A DNA stretch of 64,000 nt. It comes from Adineta vaga (taxonomy: Eukaryota; Animalia; Rotifera). The notes beneath the pieces are model-generated. The model did not search any database. It saw nothing but the letters and a program-made list of their open reading frames with translations, and was not told the origin of the DNA. Within the stretch, counting starts at the first letter, position 1, and every line of letters begins with the position of its first letter. The translations under genes and the position numbers were made by a program. Positions 25,471 to 36,686 of this stretch are shown in pieces. Location: NCBI GenBank assembly GCA_021613535.1, contig CP075493.1:1922001-1986000 (forward strand). Direction: 5' to 3'.

Positions 25471-26654
25471 ATGGAAGAAGGTCACTATCATTATCATCAT
25501 CATCATCATCGCCATCATGGCCCTGATGCAAGTAGTACTACTGAAGGACATAGCAGTCAACAAGAGTTAAGTTGTAAGAAGATGAAATATTTATTCAGAG
25601 AAAACGAATAAATTTTCTGAAATTTGTTTTTCCAGCACAAAGTCAATTTAATGAACAACAACGATATGCATCTCAAGCAATTGCTCAACCTGTTATTGTT
25701 CAACGTGCCAATGAACAAACAACTAGTGGTGTACAAGCAACAGGCTCATTTCATTCTGTTTCAAGTATGGATTCATCAGCCGAAATGGCACGATATTTTC
25801 CTGATCCTCAAACGCCTACTCTTTCACCACTGAGGCTTGATAATAATCTAATGATATTTTGTAAACATATTTTGATTTTGTTTCTCTTAATAGATATCAT
25901 CAGCTAAATGGAGGTCAACAATTACAACAATCAGCTACATCTTCAACGATTGCTACTAGCAATATGAATACAGGCCCATATGCACCAGTACCAGTACCAA
26001 CTGCCGTTCAACCACCACCTCGTCAACCTATGCGAGCACCAATTATAATACCACAACAACAAGCTCAAGGACCTGTTGCACCTCAACTTCCACCAGGTAT
26101 TCCAAGTTATTCATCGCAAATTGAAGGATTATCGGTTTCACAAGCCATTGTGAATGATGTTATTGTTGATCTTCAATCGAAAGTCATTAATGAAACTCAA
26201 CAACAATACAATAATGATCCAACTAGTGGAAATTTTCTTGGTAAAATCGAATTCTTTTTCTTCTTTTCTTTTGTATTGATTCGAAAATTTATATACATTG
26301 TAGAAACATTATCTCCAATCTACATTCGAGCACCAAATCCAACAATTATACTTCGATCAGATCTTCATCGTCTTCGTGCTCAACTGACTGCTCGTCCACC
26401 AAGTAATTAAATTTATCGAACAAGATTACTGGATCTTTTTCTATACTTCCTTTCAGCTGTCATTCGTCCAGTTGCAACTATCAATCAATTTCAACAAAAT
26501 ACCTATCAAGTACCTAGTTTTCCACCTCCTCCGCAACAACATATTCCTCCAGGTAAATATTTCTTAAACAGAAAAATTAATTATTCACTTTTCATAACCT
26601 TTATTTTAAGAATGTTACGGAGAATATCACAATAAAACGAATGTGAATGCCTAG
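25471..26654 (+). CDS. Orphan His-tract, Gln/Pro-rich protein: either a short isoform or the 5' half of the downstream repetitive gene
   Basis: Starts MEEGHYHYHHHHHHRHHG. Exons join in frame, but one junction needs a GC-AG intron (25835-25893). Terminal exon 26611-26654 reads ECYGEYHNKTNVNA*, with AATAAA downstream near 26786. Confidence 0.6.
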
Positions 26655-27128
26655 ACGTTCAACACAACGACACACATATCGAACATAACGCTCTACTTTA
26701 ATTTGTTTCTTTTGTAAAAAAAAAAAATGAACGGTTCTTTTCATCGTTACTAGATACATATGTTATCATGCGTTATTCATTACAAATAAATAAACTAGTA
26801 GACTATATAGACATAATCATTGGCGTTAAAAAAAACCTTCATAATAAAATAAAACGTTTGCTTATAGAAATAATAAATCCTTGTGTTAATCGTCTTAGTT
26901 TTCGAAGTACTGAATAACAGACGATATCGACAGGTCAAGAACATTGAAACTAAACAAAAAAGAAAAAGAAAATCGATTGGATAATCAGTCTTTTCTTAGA
27001 CAAGCTCAATGACGATAATATAAATGATAATAACAATCATAAACCGAATAATTTTCAAGGTTTATCTATCGCGTCAAATGATCGTTCCGCTTGCTCAAAA
27101 TTACTTTCTTCATTTTTTGTCCCATTAG

Positions 27129-30100
27129 GTAGACTATTGCCAGGACAAGAAAAAGCAAGGTAACTAGACGACTGTCTTCCTAACCATCGGTACGATTAAC
27201 AAATATCTTCAATATGTTTCCGAGACCTCTTTGCCCTGATTCCAATATGCCAACGGAATTAGAAGAATGTTTATATCATTGTTTTGAAGCTCATCGTCAA
27301 CGAGTACTCGAGCGACGAAGTGCTCGACGAGCAAAACGAGGTAAACAACAATCGGATCAAAATCAGAATGTATCAACAGAACAGTCTCCAACAACGAATT
27401 TTTCTAATACATACGAAGCATCGTCACAATATCAAACTTATCCAACTGAAACAACCGATCAATCAATAGATTATTCAAATTTACTTCAAAATTCACAACA
27501 ATATCAGAATTTATTGACACAACCATCAGATACGTCAGGATATCAAACGAATGTACATCAAGACACATCACAATATCAACAAGTACCATCAAACTTATCG
27601 GAAACGCAAACAGATTATTCAAATATTTTTCAACAATCGCAACAATATCAAGAATTACTTCAACCATCGAACACATCTGTGCCAATGGATACATCTCAAC
27701 AAAATACATTCGAACAAGCAAATATTGATCATTCCGTTACTGTACCAATTCATGCGAATTATCAAACAAGTATTACTAGTACACCAGAACCGTATCATCA
27801 TTTGAAAGATGTTCAATACGCTTCCGAACAAGCTACAACATCATTTACTGATAATCAAGAACAAAACCAAAACTCTACTGAATTTAATAATTATACGCAA
27901 TCATCAGAAACGACAAATTATAATAATGAAAATACTCAATTATATGATCATGGAACAAATCAGAGATTAGATGGTACTTCTATACCAAGTGGCACAGTAG
28001 AATATACAAGGGAATCACACTATTCTCAAGAAACTACAATAAATCAACCAGAAGACACATCTTATATACAACAAACGCAAACATCGGCTGATCAACAATA
28101 CAACGATAATTATACAAACCAAACATCAGCTGCACAAAACTATGATCTGAATAATTATACCAATGAACAGGCAGTTCCACAACAATCGACATTATCATCC
28201 TATGAACAAAATCAACAAGTTTCACAACAAAATATTGCCAATGTACCAATACGATCATTAACACCGAGTGATAGTGGAAGTAGTAGAGATGCACAGGAAG
28301 ATGAAGAAATATTTGATTTACGTAAATGTATTTGTCATTGCTACGCGAAATTTAAAGACGCATGGAATAAAGATCAACAAGAAAGATATCAAGAACAATT
28401 TCGTGGTATTCAGGCACCAATCGCTCAACTAAATGAGCAACAATACCAGCAAGAAACACACCAGGAACAATTTCGTGGTATTCAGGCACCAATCGCTCAA
28501 CTAAATGAGCAACAATACCAGCAAGAAACACACCAGGAACAATTTCGTGGTATTCAGGCACCACTCGCACAATTAAATGAGCAACAATACCAACAAGAAA
28601 GATATCAAGAACAATTTCGTGGTATTCAGGCACCAATCGCACAACTAAATGAGCAACAATACCAGCAAGAAACACACCAGGAACAATTTCCTGGTATTCA
28701 GGCACCAATCACGCAACTAAATGAGCAACAATACCAACAAGAAACACATCAGGAACAATTTCCTGGTATTCAGGCACCAATCACACAACTAAATGAGCAA
28801 CAATACCAACAAGAAACACACCAGGAACAATTTCCTGGTATTCAGGCACCAATCACACAACTAAATGAGCAACAATACCAGCAAGAAGCACACCAGAACA
28901 ATTTCGTGGTATTCAGGCACCAGTCACACAACGATATGAGCAACAATATCAACAGCTACAACGGCGAACACCATGTCCCCCATGTCCACCTTGTCCTCCA
29001 TGCCCACCTTGTCCTCCATGCCCATCCTCCATACTCTGGCATTCCTGAACAGCCATCTATCCCTATTTATCAACCACCACCGACTCCAGTATATCGACCA
29101 CCACCAACACCAGTTTATCAACCACCACCAACCCCAGTTTATCGACCACCACCAACACCAGTTTATCAGCCACCACCTACACCAATTTACCGACCACCAC
29201 CTACACCAGTCTATCAACCACCATCTACACCAATCTACAGACCACCACCTAGTCCAATATATCGACCACCGCCTACACCAGTCTATCGACCACCATGTCC
29301 TCCTTGCCCACCTTGTCCGCCTTGTCCACCGTATCCTTGCGAACCACCAATTCCAACACCAATTCCCTATTTACCTACTCCAGTTCCAACTCCACTACCT
29401 TTTAGATCAACTCCAACTCCTTATTTACCAACTCCTATTCGAACTCCAATTCCTGATTATCGACCACCACCAAGTAATCCTCCTTCTAACCAACAAATCA
29501 TTCAGCAGCACAATACGTTCTTAGCTGTGCATTGTGATCATGCAAAACATGTACCCATACCTGTTAATCAATATGAAATAAATTATACAGATGCAGGAAC
29601 ACAAACGCAATCACTAGTACCACCATGTATTCCAACACCAATACCTGAAATACCAGTAGAACCTTTCTATGAACCACCTCACATACCATTTCAACCAAGA
29701 CTACCAACACCAATTCCATTATTACCACCACCAGAACCATATATTCCTCAGTCTTCTTCATCAGGACGATGGTGTGTAAAATGTTGTTGTGAACCTGGAC
29801 GAACATTGATTAAAAAAATTGTTTACAGAGAGGTGGAAGGTGAATTAACATGTTTTATTTGATTCTTTCACTTACAAATTTTCTCTTCTATTTATTCAGA
29901 TGAACAACAACAACAACAACAGTATCAAGCACAAGAAAGCTATCTTGATTATGGTGCTGTTATGGATCAATTAGAAACGAAAATTACCGTTCGATATGGA
30001 AATGAGATTATGGAAGAAGGCGGCGCGTTCGATTGCGGTAAGAATCAATCAAGTCTATTTATTTTCATATTTGACTTATTCTTTTTCACGATTATAGGTA

Positions 30101-30186
30101 GTTATAATGAACAATTACGTATAACTGATTTTCCTGTTTATGTATCTGGTGGATTACATGACAGTAATCTAACAAGACTTGTATAA
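27129..30186 (+). CDS. Large repetitive Gln/Pro/Tyr/Cys-rich orphan protein
   Basis: An 882-codon ORF (27214-29862) with a donor at about 29841 and two further exons ending ...NLTRLV* at 30186. A small exon at 27129-27159 could link it in frame to the upstream gene; otherwise it starts at ATG 27214. Confidence 0.75.
28390..28950 (+). repeat. Coding tandem repeat, 72 bp (24 aa) unit, 7 full copies plus a frameshifted 8th
   Basis: Units QEQF[R/P]GIQAP[I/L][A/T]QLNEQQYQQE(TH/RY/AH) start at 28390, 28462, 28534, 28606, 28678, 28750, 28822 and 28894. Confidence 0.95.
29068..29331 (+). repeat. Coding tandem repeat, 24 bp (8 aa) unit Y[Q/R]PP[P/S][T/S]P[V/I] x9, followed by (CPP)x4
   Basis: Read directly from the ORF. 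Q and R alternate in the first eight units, giving a 48 bp higher-order period. Confidence 0.93.
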
Positions 30187-30505
30187 CAAAATTGCTTAGA
30201 GAAAAAAAACGTCTTTCCTTTTATATTGTGTTTTTATGAAAAGTATTCATCTCGATCTTGGATTTACTTTTTTCTTTGTTTTTCTTTTCATTTCGTTCGA
30301 AATAACATCAACTCGATATATTTCGGTTAACGTTTTTAAATTTCATTAGACTAGGAAAACAAAAGAAAATCTTTTTCTTTTTCATCAACTCTATTTGCTT
30401 CTTATTTGTTTCTTTTTCTTTAAATAAAATTCAATTTTTATTTAAATCATTTATTTACATCAATGGATAAGAAAAACTATCGAACAAAAGAGAGAAAAAA
30501 ATGTA

Positions 30506-31144
30506 TTAATGCACAGATTTGTGATTAATTCGTCCACTGTATATGAATAATAATGAACAACTAATCAATGGAAATAAACATGTTACAGGAAAAACAAACC
30601 ATAAATGATTTTGTTGACCAATTGGAATTGTAACAGTCAAATCTCTTGGAGATTCGATACCTGTTTCAGCTAAGGGTGCTGGACATCCATTACCTAAATG
30701 AGGACATGGTTTCGATGTAAAATGTATAACTGGTTCAGGTAATGGAAGAATTTCATCAAATTGATTATTATCTGTAGTAGGATCAAGATATCGACTATGG
30801 ATATTTAATGAAAATGACTGAGTATGTTGAAATGGTATTTTTGTAGAATTGTATAAAATAAAACAATAAGCAAATGGATGAGATTGTGATGCTGATGATT
30901 CAATATTAATTGAACCTAGTATGGTTGCATTCAATTGAAGAAGTTCATCTGGTTCAATGTAGAGATAAGGTGGTAAACGATGCCATACGAATAAACATCG
31001 TGCAGGTGTAGCTGGATCAGGGTCGATGGAATATTCAAGGCGCGAATGAAAACCAGTACCCGTATGACGACTACTTACATCAGGTGCAGAAATAATTGAA
31101 TATGGAGCAAATATGAGAACGAGATAGAATGAAATCAATAACAT
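30506..31144 (-). CDS. PIGX: PIG-X/PBN1-like subunit of GPI mannosyltransferase I; intronless
   Basis: Signal peptide from M at 31144 (MLLISFYLVLIF). Motifs GTGFHSRL, LPPYLYIEPDEL, NIESSAS, NIHSRY and TIPIG, then a C-terminal TM helix. Confidence 0.8.
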   Translation of the reverse strand: MLLISFYLVLIFAPYSIISAPDVSSRHTGTGFHSRLEYSIDPDPATPARCLFVWHRLPPYLYIEPDELLQLNATILGSINIESSASQSHPFAYCFILYNSTKIPFQHTQSFSLNIHSRYLDPTTDNNQFDEILPLPEPVIHFTSKPCPHLGNGCPAPLAETGIESPRDLTVTIPIGQQNHLWFVFPVTCLFPLISCSLLFIYSGRINHKSVH

Positions 31145-31703
31145 TTCTATTGAATTGTTTGATCGAATGAATTGTATGATATTTTTTATATTGCTTTCTT
31201 TTCTTTTCACCTTTTGATATTTCAATTCAATTGGAATAAATGGTCAAACCATAGGTAGACAACAAACAATAGATGTCACTAAAGTTAGATGGTCATTCTA
31301 TCACATAATATATACCTTAGTTGATCAATCTTTACCTTGACCTTGACATAACGTTGCTGATGAAATAAACCGAATGGAGCATTTCTCATTACAGCCTTTG
31401 CCATTTTGCGAACTCTTACCGGAAACTTCTCAATCTTTAGACAACATATTTCCTTTTTTGAAATATAAGAGTAACTATTTCTCTCACTTAAATTGTCATT
31501 AAAACTCTGGTTTCTCACTTAAAAAGATCAACAATAATGAAAAATTCCAATTTACACAGTAAGAATTTTTCTTTCAATAGGAATAGATATGATAAATAAT
31601 CAAACAAAAAGAAAAAAGAAATGTATATATACAGATAAAATGACGCACAAAAAAAAACTGCAAATAATTTTCAACCTCTATATATTTCAATTTGTTATTA
31701 AAG

Positions 31704-33349
31704 CTATTCAATTTGTATGGCATTTGTCGATGATTTATCCATTCGGTTATTATTACTATTCGATCGATTGAGTCTTTTCAATCTTTTAATCAAAATATCT
31801 ACAAAAAAAACACACATTCAAATATCATCAATATTTTCTTATCGGAACAAATTCTTTTACTTCGAACACGTTGTAGTTGAAGAAAATTTTCTTTAAGTTG
31901 TTGTTTACAATCTTGTTCTTTAGTTATTTCATTTTTAAGATCATCTAATAACAAACAATAAATACAATCATATATATATATATAATTGATTCATTTCTAT
32001 TTCATACTTATTTCATTTTCTAATTGTTTTTCACGTTGTCGAGCATTTTCAACGGTTAATTCAATCATATTCTTAATCGGTAGGAAACTTTCCGAAGTAG
32101 TCAGTTGTTGTAATGATAATATTGATGATGATGTCTGTTCGGTAGTCGTCATTGATAGATCAATCGGTTTGGTTGTTAAACGATCTAATAGATAAGAGAA
32201 AGAAAGGATCATTAATCTCATTATTAATCAAAAAGAAGAAAAGTACCTCGATGATGATGATGACTAAGCATTGCATCAATAGTAAAAGATCGTGATTGAT
32301 CTAGAAGAAGAAAAAAAAACGCAAGTTTATCTGATCTTATTCTATTGAATATAAAGTAATCATAGCTAAAGGGTATCTCTTGTCCTCGTTGAAGTTCTTT
32401 TGTGACATGATTGAATTTATTTTGCGTGTCGATATTAATGAACGTGAAAAAGGAAACCATTACTTTCGGTCTGTCTGATTCAACATAAGCTATTCAAATC
32501 GATTTTGACAACAATAATCTTCTGACTTACTTGAAGAAGAAATCGATTGATCAACTGTTGTTAATGGTTGCGATGAACGTATAGAATTACATTGATATGG
32601 ATGAGAATACGAGGATGTTAATGGTAAACAATTGAATAAAGAGAAATTATTTATGGATGGAATTGTTAAATAATCTTGATTTGAAGGTATTGGATATTTG
32701 TAATCCGAAAATGAATGAAGAAAAAGATTTGTAGCTAATTTTAAACGTTTCTCATCTGAATAATCTTCAACTTGATAGGAAGAATTACGTTTTGGTGGAC
32801 GACCAGGACGAGAACTATAAAGACAAAAAACGAATCGAATTATCAATCTATTTAGAAATATACATACCCTGAATTAGTACAATCATCATATAAAACATCG
32901 AATTCATCTGGTGCTAGAAGTTTACATCGATTAACACCTGGTTGTATAGCACCAAGACTTCTTAAAATTCTCACTTGTTCAACATTACAAACAATTGGTA
33001 TGATTTCTAATCGTTTTAATTTCGTATAAACAGTATGTAAACCACCAACTAGATTTTTCAGAAAGAAATCAAATGCTTGCGGTAAACATAATAATTGTCG
33101 ACCGTCAACATTAAATGATGTTAATTTAATTCCACGATAATGAATCATTTTGACACGATTATTTTCGATGGTATTTCGAGCGATAGGTGCTGATTCATAG
33201 ATTGTTTTTTCAAATTTCATAGCATTTAAACGTTGATCATGTTCATAATCATAATGAAGAGAAGTTCGCGATGGTGATGAAGGAGAAAATGCATTCATTG
33301 GTGAATTACTATCATTTGTTGAACAATGTTCTTGTGACATGATAAGCAT
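31704..33349 (-). CDS. dac: Dachshund (Ski/Sno/Dac family); short form with DD1 and a diverged DD2 coiled coil
   Basis: DD1 LLCLPQAFDFFLKNLVGGLHTVYTKLKRLEIIPIVCNVEQVRILRSLGAIQPGVNRCKLL, then SRPGRPPKR. DD2-like IKNMIELTVENARQREKQL. Ends ...AIQIE* at 31704. Confidence 0.95.
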
Positions 33350-34332
33350 TTCGAAATGTTCCTCGATGTTTAATTAAATAAGATGAAGAAATGTTTCTTT
33401 CTTTCCATTAATTTTCACTGGTCGAATATACTGATTGGTGGGAAATGTCGGAGAGAAAGAGAAGAAAAATCTATTTGTTTGACTTATCTCTACCAATGAG
33501 AGAAATAAAATAAAGACGAAGAAGAACAAGAACAAGAACAAGAAGAAGAGAAAAAGCGGAAATTGTTAGTGATGTGAAATATGATCAACAGAGAAAGAAC
33601 ATCTTCATGTCAATTATAAGACGAAAAGGAAAGACTAATGTTTGTTGAGACATTTTTCTTCCCTCTACTTTTCATAAAAGAAATTCATCAAGCGATATAA
33701 TCTGTATATATTGATAAGCTTAACTTCAGGGCTTTGAATGCATGATTAACCACGAAGTTTACAAGACATAGGAATAATTCTATGTGGAAAAAACTTCTTT
33801 ATTTTTCCATTGGACAATTAAAATAGTAACTTCTTGAGAAAGGAAACCTTTTCACACCGGATTATTTGACAAAACGATTAATCTATTAACAATATCTTGA
33901 GCATGTGAATTGAAACTTCCGCTATTTATATTATTATAAAAAATGTTTATTTAGTCAATGTCGTCGATAAAAAATAGATTCTTTTTTTAAATTTAAGCAC
34001 AAAAAGCATTAGTTTTTCAATTAGAACTAATCCGATGATTAAATTTTGAAATAAATATCACGAGAAAGATTGTCTTGTCAAGACATCCTCAATGATTTCT
34101 ATCCCTAGAAGAAAAAAAGAAGAAGCATATCTATCATTTTATTCCCTTTTATTTTTTTTTAAAGAAACTGTTTCTATATATATATACGAGATCAAAAAAA
34201 AGCAAAACATCACCATGAAAAGAAATATCTATAAAGTGACTTGTGAAACATACATGACATTCCAAAAAAAGATTAAAACAGTGAGCGTCAAAAAAAAAGA
34301 ATGAGAAGTAATGACCATAACCCATAGTGAGA

Positions 34333-35661
34333 TTAGTTATGCAACTGTTCTAAAAAAGATTTTTTCTCTTGATTGATTTCACCATTGGTAAGAACTTTGA
34401 GATTGAATTGTTTCATTGTTGCATCAAGAGCTTGTTGATTACCAGAAAAATATGCCGCAATTGCATTATGAAAAAGAAGTAATTGTTTCTTCATAACTTT
34501 AGTCTAGTAAAACATTGAACAATTGATTAAAATCGATTTCAATAACTTTTTCGTACCTGATTTTCTTCGAGAAATTGTAATTTAATTCCTACATCACATT
34601 TCAATTTTTCATATCTTTCTTTATATTTTTCAAATTCTCGTTGTTTTTCATTCAATTGAGAACCTAATGGAAGCAGTTCCATTTCAGTTCGACATGCATC
34701 AAATTCCAATCTAAATAAACATTTGAAGAAAGAAAATATTTATTGAATTCGTGTCTGAAATACAAACCTCGATGTTTCATAGAGTCGAATTGTTGTAATT
34801 GTATCTTCGATTGTTTTATTGCATAATGTATCCAAAGTTGAAATAAAATAATTTAAAGCACTCATTAATGCTTCACCATGACGAACTAATAAAGTTTGTG
34901 TATCAGCATTATAACCATATTCATCACATAATTGAAATGATTTATGTTTTAATTCAAGAAATGTATCGCCTAAATGGAAGTTTAATATCGAGAGATGAGC
35001 TTTTTGAACTTATAAATACAAACTTAAAGCTCGTTGAGTGTGTAATAAATTAGAAAAATGATTGGCGTAACTTCTTGCTAACGAAAGAACTTGTTCATAT
35101 CGACGTTTTGTTTCTCTTAATTCCTAAAGAGAATTAATGTAAATTTGAATGAATGAAATTGTTTTTTGTTCTTACTTCGATTTGATTGTCAAGTTCAACA
35201 TCAATTGTACGTGTGGTTTTACCTAATTTTTCATATATACTTTGTTTTGTACATTTATATGTTGAACGACCCCATTGTTTTAATTTATCAATCGTTGGTC
35301 CAACAGCAGCAACAGCTGCAGCTGATGATGCTGTTAGTTTCGATATATCAGGAATAGAAATACGTTTATCGGATAATATTGACGATGGATCAAATGTTGA
35401 TTTTGATGAAGAATTCGAAGGAAAATCTTGCGATGATGATGATGATGGAATTACTGTTGAATCAGAATGTAATGTTGCGGCATCAGTTAGACTAACATAA
35501 GATGAATGTTGTTGTGATTGAGCGTGTTGAGGTGAACCTGGTTGTTGATCAAGATCAATACTAGAAAAATTATTTAGTTCTTCTTCATGATTATTAGATG
35601 TTGCATTATTTAAATTTTCATCATGACTCGACGAACCAAATGCACTAGCGAAGGAAGTCAT
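34333..35661 (-). CDS. ARFIP2: Arfaptin (AH/BAR domain); 5 exons
   Basis: [59 protein letters not shown] and [22 protein letters not shown]. Ends SFLEQLHN*. Probably co-orthologous to ARFIP1 and ARFIP2. Confidence 0.93.
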
Positions 35662-36686
35662 TAATTCTTTTTTCTAAAATAAAAATACAGATTTTCAAAT
35701 AAATAATTTCTATTGACATTTAAAACATTAGTTGTGTATATATATATTAATTATTTCGTCGATGTTTGGTTGACCTCGTAGAACACATTGAAATGCCTCT
35801 CGATAGATGGCGCTAGATTTCAATCAATCTAAAACTGAATCATCTTTGAAGTTTTATATAGCCTTCTCAATCTACGATGAGATCAAATTAGAACTTCGTT
35901 TGCTATTTTCAGTTATTCTTTTTATTCATATAATTAATACATATATTTATATATATAAGCACACACACAAGAAAAAGAAAGAGAAAAAAAACACTTAGAA
36001 GGACGGACGAAATCAATTGAACAAAACAAAAAAGAAAGCGATGCAAGGTGGATTTATCACCGGTAATACAGAAGTTGAAAAAGAAAACAAAAAAATTGGA
36101 AGTATACATATACAATATATCAATAATATGTTCTTAAGTTTTTCGGACAAATCAATTATTGAATATAAGAGAAGAGAGAACAACAAAAACAAACAGAAAT
36201 AACAATTAATATGAACAATTTTTTTTTTGTTTCTAGAATTTCTTTTTTTCCTTTTCATTTTCGATGTTTGTAGATATGTACACCATACATGAAACAATCT
36301 CATTGCTGTTCTTACTAGTCTATAGAGAACGAAAACACACACACATGCACTGCCTATACTTGTTTTTAGTGTAATTTTTTTGTGGAAAGAAATGAAAGAA
36401 GAAGAAGCAACAGAATAATAATAATAATAATAATAAACGGAACAATCATTTCATGCATAGAAGATAATATTGAAATAAATAACGCGCGCACGAAAATGAG
36501 AAAAAGCAAAATATACAGCGTGCGAGTAGGGGAAACATTGAATGACGATAACGAAACAAGCACCTGGAGATATATATATATATATATATGTAAATAGTTA
36601 GAAGAAAATGATGTATCCTGATGCAGAATACAACAAAAGTGAATTTCTAATGGAATATCTTCCTGGTTTGTTTTCTTCTACTTCTT

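Noticed and set aside
28390-28950. 72-bp array as a CRISPR or non-coding satellite
   Set aside because: There are no spacers, and the units are in frame within a long ORF.
27284-29806. Overlapping and antisense ORFs across the repetitive gene (also across twist, SmD1, arfaptin and PLC-epsilon)
   Set aside because: These are shadow ORFs produced by repetitive or biased codon use in the real CDS.
32303-32531. Possible snoRNA or extra exon in the long dachshund intron
   Set aside because: No proper C/D or H/ACA box arrangement on the transcribed strand and no exon I could support.
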